Assembly: GCA_030390025.1 (NCBI GenBank)
Contig: CM059430.1
Location: 125,178,001 to 125,242,000, forward strand
Length of the DNA: 64,000 nucleotides
Origin: Squalus acanthias
Lineage: Eukaryota
Direction of reading: 5' to 3'
The notes under the pieces were generated by a model. It was not told where the DNA came from. It ran no database searches and saw only the letters and a list, made by a program, of their open reading frames with translations. Position 1 is the first letter of the stretch. Every line of letters begins with the position of its first letter. The position numbers were made by a program, and so were the translations under genes. Of this stretch, positions 24,980 through 37,522 are shown piece after piece.

Positions 24980-27900
24980 TGTGGAGGACGAATTTCACTT
25001 CAACAAATACCACTAATGGTGTGGAGGACGAATTCTTGGAATGCATGCGAGATGGTTTCCTGGATCAGTATGTGGAGGAACCAACCAGGGAACAGGCTAT
25101 TCTGGATCTGGTACTGTGTAATGAGAAAGTGCTAATCAATAATCTTGTGGTAAAGGGGCCTTTAGGGACAAGTGACCATAATATGATTTCATTTTACATT
25201 GGGCCAGAAATTCGGCTCCCTGGCTTCCCACGGGTGCAAGGATCGTGCGCGCACCTACCTACCGCGCCTGCCGTTGACCCCTGGGCCCGCGGGGGATTCC
25301 GGTCCTGGGCCTCCTCCAACTGCCGGCGCGCAGTGCTTGCGTATCCCAGGGGCGTAGTTAGTGCGATGCGTCCCCTGGGATCACGTGGGCCATGGAGAGC
25401 CAATGGCAGCAGACCATCTTTCATTCATAGATTTGACCTGTCAAATCTATGAATACAGATCGGCCCCAAAACATCCCTAAAACTACAAATACATTTTTTT
25501 TTAAAAACATCACATTTTTAAAATAACTATAAATTACATTAATTAACTATTTCAACCAAAAAATTAAATTTTTGAAAAAATTAATTACACTTTTTAACAC
25601 GGCTAAAACTAAACTTACCTTTCTTTAAAGTAATTAAAAAAGATAAATCTGTGAAAAAAATGTTTAATAAAATCAACACTTACCTTGTTAAAAGAAGGCC
25701 TTGTGCCTCCTTTTTCAATGTGCATCTTCTCCGTGCTTACCCTCACGGAGGAACGTGTAAAAAAAAACGAAGTGCGAGGCGAACGCGCTGGCACTCCGGC
25801 ATGCGCGTTCGACCTCTGAACCCCTTCCTTCAGGGGAACGGAAGTGCCAGTTTTCCGCACATGCGCAGTGTATGCAAGAAACCGGCACTCTCGTTCCGTC
25901 CACGGGTGAGTACATAGTGCGTACTCACCCGTGGTGAGCCTAATTTCTGCCCCAATAAGTTTGAGAGTGATGTAGTCCAATCTGAAAATACGGTCTTCAA
26001 TCTAAACAGAGGAAACTACAAGGATATGAGGGACAAGTTGGCCCTGGTAGATTGGGAGACTACACTAAAAGGTATGAAGGTGGGCATACAATGGCTAACA
26101 TTCAAGGAAATAATGCATAATTTGCAACAAACATATATTCCTCTAGGGCATAAAAACCCAAAAGGAAAAGTGATCCAACCATGGCTAACGAAAGAAATTA
26201 AAGCTAGTATTAAGTCAAAGGAGGAAGCTTATAAAGTTGCCAGAAAAAGCGGTCAGCCTGAGGATTGGGATCTTTTTAGAAATCAGCAAAGGGGGACCAA
26301 GAAATTGATAAAGAAAGGGAAAATGGAATAGGAGCACAAACTAGCGAAAAATATAAAAACGGATTGTAAAAGCTTCTATAGGTACGTGAAAAGGAAAAGA
26401 CTGGCGAAGGTAAATGTAGGTCCTTTACAGTCAGAGACAGGAGAATTTATAAATGGGAAATGAGGAAATGGCAGAGAAATTAAATAAATACTTTGTTTCT
26501 GTCTTCACGGAGGAAGACACAAAAAACCTCCCAGAAATACGAGAAAAGCAAGGGTGTGGCGAGAATGAGGAACTTAAAGAAATTATTAGTAAAAAAAAGT
26601 ACTAGCAAAATTAATGGCATTAAAAGTCGATAAATCACAAGGACTGGATGACCTACACCCTAGGGTTTTGAAAGAGGTGGCCATTGGGATAGTGGACGCA
26701 TTGGTTGTCATCTTCCAGAATCTATAGAATTTTGGAACGGTTCCTGCAGATTGGAGGATAGCAAATGTAATCCCACTATTTAAGAAAGGAGGGAGAGAGA
26801 AAACGGGGAACTACAGACCTGTTAGCCTCACATCAGTAGTTGTGAAAATGCTGGAATCTATTAAAGGATGCAATAACTGGGCACTTAGAAACTAATAGTA
26901 AGATTGAGCAGAGTCAACATGGATTTATGAAAGGGAAATCCTGTTTGACAAACCTATTGGAGTTCTTTGAGGATGTAACTAGTGGAGTAGACAAAGGGGA
27001 ACCGGTAGATGTGGTGTATTTGGATTTTCAGAAGGCCTTCGATAAGGTCCCACACAAGAGGTTGGTGAACAAAATTAGGGCACATGGAATTGGGGTTAAT
27101 ATAGTAGCATGGATTGAGAATTGGTTAACAGACAGAAAACAAAGAGTGGGGATAAACGGGTCTTTTTCAGGATGGCAGGCTGTGACTAGTGGGGTACCGC
27201 AAGGATCGGTGCTTGGGCCCCAGCTATTCACAATCTATATCAATGATTTGGATGAGGGGACTAAATGTAACATTTCCAAATTTGCTGATGATACAAAGCT
27301 AGGTTGCAGTGTCAGTTGTGAAGAGGCTTCAAGGGGCTCAGTGAGTGGGCAAGAACATGGCAGATGGAATATAATGTGGATAAATGTGAAGTTATCCACT
27401 TTGGTAGAAAAAACAGAAAGGCAGAGTATTTCCTCAATGGCGAAAGATTGGGGAATGCAGATGCTCAAAGGGTCCTGAGTGTCCTTATACATGAGTCACT
27501 GAAAGTGAATGTGCAGGTGCAGCAAGCCATTAGGAAGGCAAATGGTATGCTGGCCTTCATTACAAGAGGATTTGAGCACAGGAGTAAAGAAGTCTTACTC
27601 CAATTATATAGGGCCTTGGTGAGACCACACCTGGAGTAGTGTACAATTTTGGTCTCCTTACCTAAGGAAGGATATACTTGCCATAGAGGGAGTGCAACGA
27701 AGGTTCACGAGATTGATTCCTGGGATGGCGGGACTGTCGTATGAGAAGAGATTGAGTAAACTAGGCCTGTATTCTCTTGAATTCAGAAGAATGAGAGGGG
27801 ATCTCATTGAAGCATACAAAATTATTATAGGGCTTGATAGGGTGGATGCTGCCCTTGGCTGGAGAGTATGGAACCAGGGGCCACATCCTCAGGATAAAGG

Positions 27901-28175
27901 GTAGGCCATCCAGGACTGAGATGAGAAGAAATTTCTTCACACAGAGGGTGGTGAATCTTTGGAATTCTCTACCCTCGAGGGCTGTGGAGGCTCAGTCATT
28001 GGGTATATTGAAAACAGAAGTCGATAGATTTCTGACTAGTAAGGGCATCAAGGGATATGGCGATAGGGCCGGTAAATGGAGTTGAGGCAGAAAATCAGCC
28101 ATGATCTCATTGAATGGCGGAGCAGGCTCGAAGGGCCGAATGGCCTACTCCTGCTCCTATTTCTTATGTTCTTAT
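24977..28175 (+). mobile_element. 5'-truncated CR1 LINE (APE C-terminus and RT, with stops and frameshifts), containing a MITE
   Basis: EFLECMRDGFLDQYVEEPTREQAILDLVLCN...[21 protein letters not shown] and KFADD, then the 3'UTR and TTCTTATG tail ending at 28175. Confidence 0.9.
25201..25953. mobile_element. Non-autonomous DNA transposon (PIF/Harbinger-like, 753 bp)
   Basis: TIRs are GGGCCAGAAATTCGGCTC and GAGCCTAATTTCTGCCCC (16/18), with 3-bp flanks ATT and AAT. Removing it restores the CR1 frame (FY-I-KFES). Confidence 0.8.
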
Positions 28176-28525
28176 GGGAGATGGGACATTTGTTTGGAAG
28201 AACAGAGGGGTCAAGGGTAGTTATTTTTGAGGTGGGGGGTGATGGCGGTGGTTTGAAAAGAGAGGGACTGTGCCCGAGAAGGGAACCATTTACAATGTCA
28301 GCATGGGGCCAGGTATGAAGGTTGGGTGGTCAGTAGTTTTTTGATTCAGATTTCCAGATTCTGCAATGAATTGCTTTTTGTTCAAACCCCCTGATGGGAA
28401 AACTGCAAAAGCCATAAACATAAGTAGAAACAATGGATTGCCAAATTGATCATCATTAATTATTTTATCACATGAATGCACTTTGCAGCTCTGGAAACTT
28501 GTTAAACAATGTCATAAAAATGTCA

Positions 28526-28935
28526 TGATGCGGAGATGCCGGTGTTGGACTGGGGTGGACAAAATTGAGAGATTTTCCCAGTAAAAAAGTAAATTTTTTT
28601 TTTTTAAAGCTTTTCGTTTTACATACAGACGGCAGCTTTTGACACGTTAGAACCCCTGCGACTTCACCTCATTGTCTCAGTTGTATCTTGCTATGTCTTT
28701 TGATGTGGTACCTTCCTGGCTGACTTAATTAACTTTATCACACCTCGGCAGATAGTCAGGATGATTTAATTTATTGGTCTGCAATTGTAAAGTACACATG
28801 CTTTTTTTTCCATCTATATATGCTCTGACGATTCTGTATCCAATTTACTTCACCTGAGGAAGGAGCGATAGTTCCGAAAGCTTGTGATTTCAAATAAAAC
28901 TGTTGGACTATAACCTGGTGTTGTGCGACCTCTCA
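28526..28935 (+). mobile_element. Penelope-like element-derived short insertion (410 bp)
   Basis: 12-bp TSD ATAAAAATGTCA (28514-28525 and 28936-28947). It has a PLE terminal-repeat end CTGAGGAAGGAGC...CCGAAAGCTTGTG...AATAAAACTGTTGGACTATAACCTGGTGTTGTG and an inverted 46-bp tail at its left end. Confidence 0.8.
28850..28887 (+). ncRNA. Minimal type-I hammerhead ribozyme motif
   Basis: Stem I UCAC/GUGA, core CUGAGGA, stem II GGAGC-GAUA-GUUCC, GAAA, and palindromic AGCU stem III followed by U17 (CUU triplet). Confidence 0.7.
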
Positions 28936-30839
28936 ATAAAAATGTCAGACAATGCTATTTCAAATTGAAACTTACAAAACAGGCAGTTTAGTGTATTTCT
29001 CACCTTCACCCATACACAAAAACACAAAAGTCAGAAAAGACATCTTAAAATTGCTTTTCTGTTGTGCCAAGAGCCATTCTCAAAACATGTACCTGACGCA
29101 GCTGGCTACAACGAGATAGTAAACTTTCCAGGATTCACCAAGACCACCGGTTGGGAAGACCAGGTAGAAACGGGTCTTCCTTGTTACCGCCCTGAGCGAA
29201 TGTGGCAAGTTTACTTAATGAGATGCAGCTGGCTGCTTGAAGCATGCATCCGGAGCTTAAACCACTAGCACTGATTTTAGCGCAACATAAAAGCAGCGTT
29301 AAAAATGTTACAATACTACCAAGCTACAAATTCCAAGGAAATACATGGAATATATAGAGATTCTTATGATTTTAAGCAGGACGAAGCCTCAAGTCTGTCA
29401 CAGAACACTTCACGACTGCTGCTGGCCCAGTCCCAGAAAAAACAGAAAGCAAAATACTACTTTAAGTTACAGTCGCAGCCAAAACACGACAGACTTATAT
29501 GAAGTTCGATCGTAGCCACAGATCTGTCAGATATCTGTATATTCTCTAATGACAAAATGTCAATATAACCTAATTCACCATTAGTGTCAGCGAACTCCTG
29601 GGGTTCACGCGCATTAGAAAAAATATTGTCGTGTTTCCAAAGTGGGAGGAGCAGTATCATATGAGCATGCAGATCCTGCTCCCAAAAACTTCAATGGGTC
29701 CTAAACATCCCGAGAGAAATATATTAGAGCGGGGCCAATGGAATCACCGGGCTTATTTGGTGTAGTAGTAGAATTTTTAAAAAATCATAGCCATTTGCTA
29801 CTTGTGTGACACTCTTCATTCATCATCTGAAACTGCTCCAACTACGAGTGACAGTGCAGTAACCTTCAATACTGCACCCTAGTGCCATATAGCTTAAAAT
29901 GCTCTCTTGAAACACAAACTAAGTTTAGAAGGAGGAAACTGATAATTGTACCGCTGGGTGTTCCTCACAGTTCAAGTCAATACAGTATGAAAATTTCACA
30001 CACAAACCATTGCATTTTACTGAAATCCCAGTGACAGTACTGCAGCTGTAAATCAGCTTCCAGCAAAGATGACCCACGTGCCTCGGGTACTTCCCTCTCT
30101 CATCCAATATATATGAAGAGTTAACATGGAACTGATCCACAAAGTAATTTGTCATTTCTTTTAACCCTCTCCCTCCCCGCCACATGGTAGAGCCTCCCTC
30201 TATAGTCGCCAAAAAGAAGCACCACATTGTTAAGGAATGCACTCTCCCGTCTTCAATTCATTCAGGAGTACATAAAACTGTACTGAGCATAAAAACAGCA
30301 CAAAAGAATCTCACCACAATTGACCCTAACACAGAATTATTACTGTCCTGGGTAAAGTATAGAAACAGACGTTTCCTACATTGGACATGGCCCAACAATC
30401 TGTCCCTGGTAACATACATCATGATGGTCTCTTTCTGCAGTAACCATACAATAATCACAGTAATTGGCTTCCTTTTTCTAAGTATCTAATCAGTCCACAC
30501 ACTCGTAAATGCATGCTTGAGCCAAGTCCTTTTGTTTCCTCTGGCATGTATGTTGGGGGGCGGGGAGCAGTACAGAGACCATCCTTCAGGCAACATTGCA
30601 ACTTAAGTTGCTCGTGTCCTCCAGGATTGCAAAACAAATCACTTCAGGACCCTGTCAAAACCTGGTAATTCCCAAGAATCTTGTGTTATTTTATTTAGGA
30701 ACTCCTGGATAAAACAACATCCATCCTGGCAGGAGCTCACTCAATTCTTCCCTTGTGTGAAAGGGGCAACTTCTTCCTACAAATCTTATAAGTCCCCCCC
30801 CCCCCGCCCACCATATGGCTCAGTGTATAAATGCACCAT

Positions 30840-31715
30840 CCAACAACAATATACATTCTGTAGAGATATATTAGAGCATTTTACAGGTTAAATAGATGCT
30901 GGGGGAAAATAAGAGAGTTGAAACAGGGCAAAAACATAGTCAAAGAGGAAGGTCTTAAGAAGGGACATAGATATGCTGAGGAAGGGGGTTCCAGTAGATG
31001 GGAGCAAAATGGGTGAAGGAGCAGCTACATGGTAGAGAGAGAAAAAAAACAAGTGTTGGAGTGGAGACTGTGCACAGGGTCATAGGATTGAAGGAGATCA
31101 GGGAGGTGGCAAGGGACAAGGCTACAAAGAGATCTGAAGGTGAGGACAAAAATCTTAAAAGTCAATTCTCTGAGATACGAGACACCACTGGAGCTTAGCA
31201 GGGGCAGGGATGATGAGGATATAGGCCTTAGCGTGACATTCTAGATGACTTGTATATGAATAGTAGAAGCTGGGAGCCCAGCAACAAAAATATGGGAGAA
31301 GTCAGCCGCCAGCTAATAAAAAGCACGGATTAGAGTTTCAGTGGCAGACAGGGAGAGGTAGGAGCAGAAGTGGGCAATGTCAGAGGTGAAAGAAAGCAGT
31401 CTTGGTCATAGATTGGTTATGCAGGAGGAAACTGAGCTTGTGGACAAGCAATACACCAAAGATTCAACACCTCTGGGCTAAGCGAGAGATGATAGCTGGG
31501 TAGAGAGTGAAGGCCTCACATTCATTGCTGTTTGCAGGAGCCGAAGAAGATGGTTTCAGTTTTGCCAACATTAAGCTGCATGAAGTTTTGGCTCATTCAA
31601 GTCTCAATGTTGGTTAGATAGTTGAAAACAGCATGGCAACAGCTATGGAGTCAGTGGAGGAGGTGGAAAAGGTGAGCCAAGCGACATCAGCACACATGTG
31701 GAAGCTACATATAGT
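30840..31715 (-). mobile_element. Highly degenerate L2 LINE fragment
   Basis: G-rich plus strand. The minus strand gives FHMCAD (a YADD equivalent) and APIYWNPLP. Confidence 0.55.
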
Positions 31716-31724
31716 GAACAGATC

Positions 31725-32095
31725 AATCCATCATTCAGAGCAATGCTGAGCCATATAGATCAGAAGGTCCGAGGATCCAGCCCTGAACTGTGCTGAATTA
31801 ACTGATCTCAGCCAGAGCAGCAGTTGGGACACTACAATTGGTTTCACACCCTTCCTCTAGTGAATGGGGAAGCCAGAGCTTCCTCTCCTTATCACAATCC
31901 AGTGATCCCTGCTGGAAAGTGTGAGTGTGGATATTGGGGGAGGACTCAGCTGGGATACTCTCCAGGGTCAAGTATCCTGCAGACACCATCTAGGATCACC
32001 CATGAAGAACAGCCACTTGGGCGAGGTACTGGAAAGTGGCTAAAATACATTGAATCTAACCCATAGCATGAGCCAGGAGACAATGGGAGAAAACT
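31725..32095 (+). mobile_element. SINE family 'X' copy
   Basis: TGTGCTGAATTAACTGATCTCAGCC, ACTACAATTGG, ATCCAGTGATCCCTGCTGGAAAGTG, CATGAAGAACAGCCACTTGGGCGAGGTACTGGA. Confidence 0.65.
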
Positions 32096-35000
32096 GGACT
32101 TTATGGTATTAAAGGCTCCATCTTATCAGCAGAATAATGCATTGTGCATTACGTGGTATAATGCTTCTGCCCTTATAAGACAATGCACCATCTGGCTCAC
32201 AGTGTAGCATCCAGGATGCCAGGGACAGAAAAGGTCGCAGCACATTGTTACTTGTCAGCTTACTGGTATAAACGACGTCACCAAGAGCCACAAGATTGAA
32301 GAAACACAGACATAAAAGATAAGGAATATCGTTAGTACAAAGAGGGGAGGCGGGCGGGGGTGGGGGCTACAGAATCTGTTGCAACAGTTGGAAGCTCTGC
32401 AACCCAACATCTTTAACATTCAAAATATGCTTAAAAAACACAAGATTTCATCGAGTACATCAAGCAGAGCATAAACAGTGACCTGACATTTAAGATTTTT
32501 TTTTCTTATTGAATTTAATACTTAACAGAACAGAATTGAATTCTAGTGGTATCATCTCATTTTGAACTCCTATTATTACAAAGGTTTCTCTATTGATGCC
32601 ACAGGACAGTGATGGAATGATTTCCCAAGTCACGAGGATCACTAATGGGATTTGAAGGTTACTGTGTTAGAAACACAGACAGGCATCATAGGCCTGACTT
32701 TGTCCCTCGTGTACTTGTGCACATCAGGTGCCCGACTTTGTCCCGGAAGTTGTGAGGTCTGGTCCCTTACTACAGCAATGTCACTAACAGAAAGTCGCAC
32801 TGCTGGCAGAAAACCGTCAATTGTGGAATAAGAACAAGTTTGAACAGAGGCTGCAGCATTAAGAATGAGGCAGGTATAGAATTAATCAGGGAAGTGAGAA
32901 ACATTGCATGGAGTGTCATCAAGGCCTGCAACGTGGCCACGATTTTCTTTTCAGTTAATTTTCTTCTTTATCCTTCCTTTCTTCAAGGTGCCAATTCATC
33001 CTGGGGTACACTTCTATAGACACTGGCCACTTTCCAATGCCTCACCCAAGTGTCCAATTCTTCATTTGCTAGTCTAGACAGGGAGCGCGCAAGTGGAGAA
33101 AAAAAAAAATCAGCCAGGGTTCCAGACCCTGATCGTTATCCAGTACTTCCTACTGGAAAATGAGTTGCAGTGGGTGTTTGGCGAGGATTCAATCAGGCTC
33201 GGTAATGCTGGCTCCTAGGGTCAAATATCCTGCCTAACCTCTCAATCCAGACTCGCACATAAAGAATGACCAGCTAGGCCAGGTTTTGCAGGATACCTGC
33301 AACACTAAGAATCAAAACCCAACAAGAGTCAGCACCTTCAGAAGAGGAGAGGAGGAAATTTGGGGTGTGGAGGAGGCCGGTGAAGATGGTTTCCTGCTTC
33401 AGACAAAGTTGAAGCGAACACTCCCTGCTGTTCTCTCCTCACCTGGTACAATATTTAAAGCATATACTTTCAGAGGAGATAAAGGAACGATTGTTCTACC
33501 TGGGTGCAATTCTCCTTCAAAACAAAACACAATGAACTCTCTAATAAAGATTTGGCTTAAAATGTTTAACAGATCAAAGGAAGACAAGCAGCACATTTGG
33601 CAACTGGATCTCAGCTCAGTGACTCATACCTGAGAATGTTTTCTTGACAATCCTAACTCAGGGGCACTGAGGTGAATTGTAACATGCCAAGTGCTGTGCT
33701 GGTCAAAATCAGCGAACAGCACAAACCTGTGATAAACCCTTTCAGCTATTGGGATTCACCAATTGCTTCCTTGGCCACTCCTCTTCCTCACCCTCACCCC
33801 CCCCCCCCCGCCCCGCAGCTTTGCAGACAAAGATGAATTATTCTACAGTCAAAACCACAGAGCTTCTGCCAGATTTTAAAGCCTACAATCACCAGCCATA
33901 TCTGGCTGTTCAATGCTACAGCTGTAACAACTTTCATTTCTCCCTCTATGTTTTTTGGCCAGTTTGGGGCCTTCACCCCAGCCCCATGAACCCATCCTGT
34001 TCCCTGTGTGTATGGGGGTTTATTGACAGAACATGTTACCGGGCGTAGTTCACATAATAAGCAAAGAAACATCAAAGTGGAGCTGGCAGACTGCCTCAAA
34101 CCTCTAAGAAATTTAAAAGGTGGATTTTATCTCTATGTGTGGGCGTTTGAGGACTGGGAGAAGGAGGGAAAGAGAGATAATTCTATAGGCTACACTAAAG
34201 GAACCTCAGAGATCTCTTCCTGCATTGCTCTCATCAGCGCAGGAGAGAGGAACTAGTGCTCTGAATGTTTATGACTGCACTCAGTATCGGCATCTGATTA
34301 CTCCCAGAGAGATCACAATCTTCCTACCAACACCAGTCAACTTCTGATAAGAGCTTCTGTTGATGAAAAAGTGCTCCAGGGGATTCGATAATGAACCAAC
34401 AGAATCTCACCTTTTCACTGATGACCATCTTTATCAAACTGCAACTGTTGCAGTAATCGCGATCAAAACTTTATTTACACCGAGTGATATCACTGCAGTT
34501 CTCAATCTGTTCTGTTTTAATCACTAAACCATTGCAGCTCAAAAAGCTTTTTTTTCTTTTGCTGAAAAATTGAGGGTACAATTCCATTTGCTTTTCTCTC
34601 CCTTATGCCCCAGGGCTTTCTACTGCTCCCAATTCTGCCATAGTTGGATAGTGGCAGAAGATACCTTCATTCCATTAGTGAAGGCTGAATTCAGACCTGG
34701 GACCCAGAGTGAAAGGGTCCAAGCACACTACACCACCCAGTTTCTTTTACTTTAAAACACGCATTTCTCATTTCGACTCTTGCTCCAGTGTGGTTCTACT
34801 TTTGTTGCAGCCCTCTGGAACCGTGCTCAAATAGTCATTGTTCATTCCCAGCTGGCGAGATTTAACATAGCTCAGTACCACACACTCACCAAACTATCAG
34901 AAGAATGATCGGTTTCCCTTTTGGTGATAAACTATGGGGTAATGATCTTAGATACAATAAATCTACTAGGTAATACAAGTCTTGAATGAAAACAGTGCTC

Positions 35001-35214
35001 AACACACAATTGTAAGTCACCCACAAGAGCATGAAGAGGATACCAATGGGGAGGGTTGATGCAGCCAAGAACACTGTTCAGTCATTCAGGCTCGTACAAG
35101 GACTCCCCTCAGACCATATTGGTCTATAATTATATTTGAGATGTTAAACCAGTACACTGTTGTGTTTGATTTAATTAAATTATTAGGAGAAAATAATTTA
35201 GTTTAGTATGGAGT

Positions 35215-35795
35215 CTGTGATTTGCAATGTCTGCTTGATGTAGATGGTCATGAACGCTGTGCGTGTCTGGAATGACCCCATGCGTAGCAAGTGGCTCTAC
35301 TGCTTGTGCTCAAGCTCCAGGTTTCTGAGCTTGAGGAGCAGCTGGTGTCACTCCATCGCATATGGGAGGCTGAAGGGTTCCAGGAATGCACAGAGAAAGC
35401 GAGTTAGTGGGGAAGAATAAATTTGTACAAGGCAACATTTACGTCACAGTTAGAGTAAAATGTTCAGTTTACGTGCTCCATTATAGAAAAGACATTAGAG
35501 ACAGGACAGCAAAGATTGACCAGGATGATAGTGATGAGACACAATCGTTACAAGACTTGAGATACTAGAACTATTTCCATTGGAGCCAGAGGTTCTAAAA
35601 ATTAAGAGTTTGTATAAGGTGAAATAGGGGAAGTCTATTTTTCTGGCTGGGGTGCCAATTATATGAGGGGGGACATCAATTTAAAACTGCCACAAAAAGA
35701 GTGAGCAGAAAGGTTAGGAGAAATTCCTTTACTGGGAGTTGTTAGAGCATGGAATGTTTTGCCACGGAGTGGCTGAGGCAGAAAAAAATGGCACA
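35215..35795 (+). mobile_element. Degenerate, internally deleted CR1 (ORF1 N-terminus joined to ORF2 C-terminus)
   Basis: CNVC...CSKW...LQVSELEEQLVSL resembles the ORF1 Zn finger and coiled coil. It is followed by ORF2-end-like sequence (GAGGGGGGACATCAATTTAAAA...GAGTTGTTAGAGCATGGAAT). Confidence 0.5.
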
Positions 35796-35800
35796 GATTA

Positions 35801-36230
35801 AAAGAAAGACTTGCATTTATATAGCGCCTTTCATGACCACCGGACGTCCCAAAGCACTTTACAGCCAATGAAGTACTTTATGAAGTGTAGTCACTGTTAT
35901 AATGTAGGAAACGTGGCAGCCAATTAGCACACAGCAAGCTCCCACAAATAGCAATGTGATAATGACCAGGTAATCTGCTTTAGTGGTGTTGGTTGAGGGA
36001 TAAACATTGACCAGGACACCGGGGATAACTCCCCTGCTCTTCTGTGAAATAATGCTATGGGATCTCTTACGTCCACTTGTGGGGGCAGACGGTGCCTCGG
36101 TTTAACGTCTCATCCAAAAGACGGCACCTCTGACAGTGTAGCACTCCCTCGGTACTGCACCTAGATTATGTGCTCAAGTCTCTGGAGTGGGGCTTGAACC
36201 CACAACCTTCTGGCTCAGAAGAGAGAGGTT
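35801..36230 (-). mobile_element. SacSINE1-like Deu-SINE, near full length
   Basis: Closely similar to 5322-5784, from the tail AAAGAAAGACTTGCATTTATATAGCGCC to the B-box CTTGAACCC. Confidence 0.8.
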
Positions 36231-37120
36231 GAAGAGTGCCAGCAAGAAATAGTAGGGAGAAAAGCATGTCTCCATAAACTGGGGGCAGAGAGAAGGAGAT
36301 GGAGAAGAGTGCTTTTGTCACTGTGACAACTGTAAAACAGTTTAACAACTAGATTCAGCCACAGAGATTACCACTTCATATCCACAATAACAATTTCATG
36401 GCAAGAAATCAAGGACACCTTGCAATTCTTGCTACAATCAACCACTACACAAGTGATATAATGATAGCTATATCTGCAGCGCAAGTTATGGCAAACCTAT
36501 GCTGGGCTTTCAATGCGACTGCATGTTGTAAGCATAAAGTTAGACCTATTTTGAGCTATCAGGTTTTTATGAGGCTGGCTGGCGGTTTTTGCTACTTTTC
36601 TGGGTTGGCGTGTTCCATGTTCCTAATCTTGTCTCGACTTCTCTTCTATTGATTCAGCAGAAAGAATTTCTCCCCCACCTCCCCACCCCCAACCTACCTC
36701 ACCAATTCCATTCATTTCCCACCTCACCCATTGGATCTCTTTGCACTCATTTATGGCTCATTCGTTATTGTTTGCACTGTGCTGTCACCCTGTTGCCATG
36801 CAGGTCACCCAAGCTCAATAACAAAAACTCAAATGGTTCAAACTTTATTGAATCTATGTAACCTCTACTCAATCATCCAGACAGGAGATAACCACATTAC
36901 ACTGCAGGACGACACCATGAGGGAGTAAGCTGCTCTGGCAGACAGGCAGTGCCCCGCAGCACAACAAATCCAGTCAACCCCCACCCTCACCAGAACCGTA
37001 CATTCCACTTATGCTGTGGAATGGCCTCCGTTGAATGTGGTTGAGCAATGTGGATAGGTGCTCTGAATACATCTTATTTACATTACAGGCTGGAAACAGC
37101 ACCAGCAATAGCTGGAACAA

Positions 37121-37122
<2 letters not shown>

Positions 37123-37156
<34 letters not shown>
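37123..37156. repeat. (AC)n microsatellite
   Basis: About 17 perfect AC units. Confidence 0.9.
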
Positions 37157-37160
<4 letters not shown>

Positions 37161-37254
37161 ACAAACACACACACTGAACACAACAGCATAAGAGCACCAG
37201 AAATAAGATGGGGCCACTCAACTCAACAAGCCTGATCATATATAGCCCCCCATA

Positions 37255-37522
37255 TAGGGTTGCCAACCCTCCAGGATTGTCATGGCGTCCCCAGGAATTA
37301 AATATTAATCTCCTGGCCTCTGCTGGGAGCAACTCAGGAGAAAATTTATAAATGGACATTAAAAAAAGTGAGTTTTTTCCATTTTCTTTGAACACTTTTG
37401 TTTATTAGTTATAAAAATATTGGAGATGGGGGGGAATGCTGTTTTCCAGGTGGGGCAGTTGGAGGCAGAAGGTCATGTGATGAAACCGCCAGGAATATGT
37501 CCAACCAGAGTTGGCAACCCTA
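37255..37522. mobile_element. hAT-family MITE (268 bp)
   Basis: Perfect 13-bp TIRs TAGGGTTGCCAAC and GTTGGCAACCCTA. The 8-bp TSD is CCCCCATA / CCCCCATT (7/8). Confidence 0.8.
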
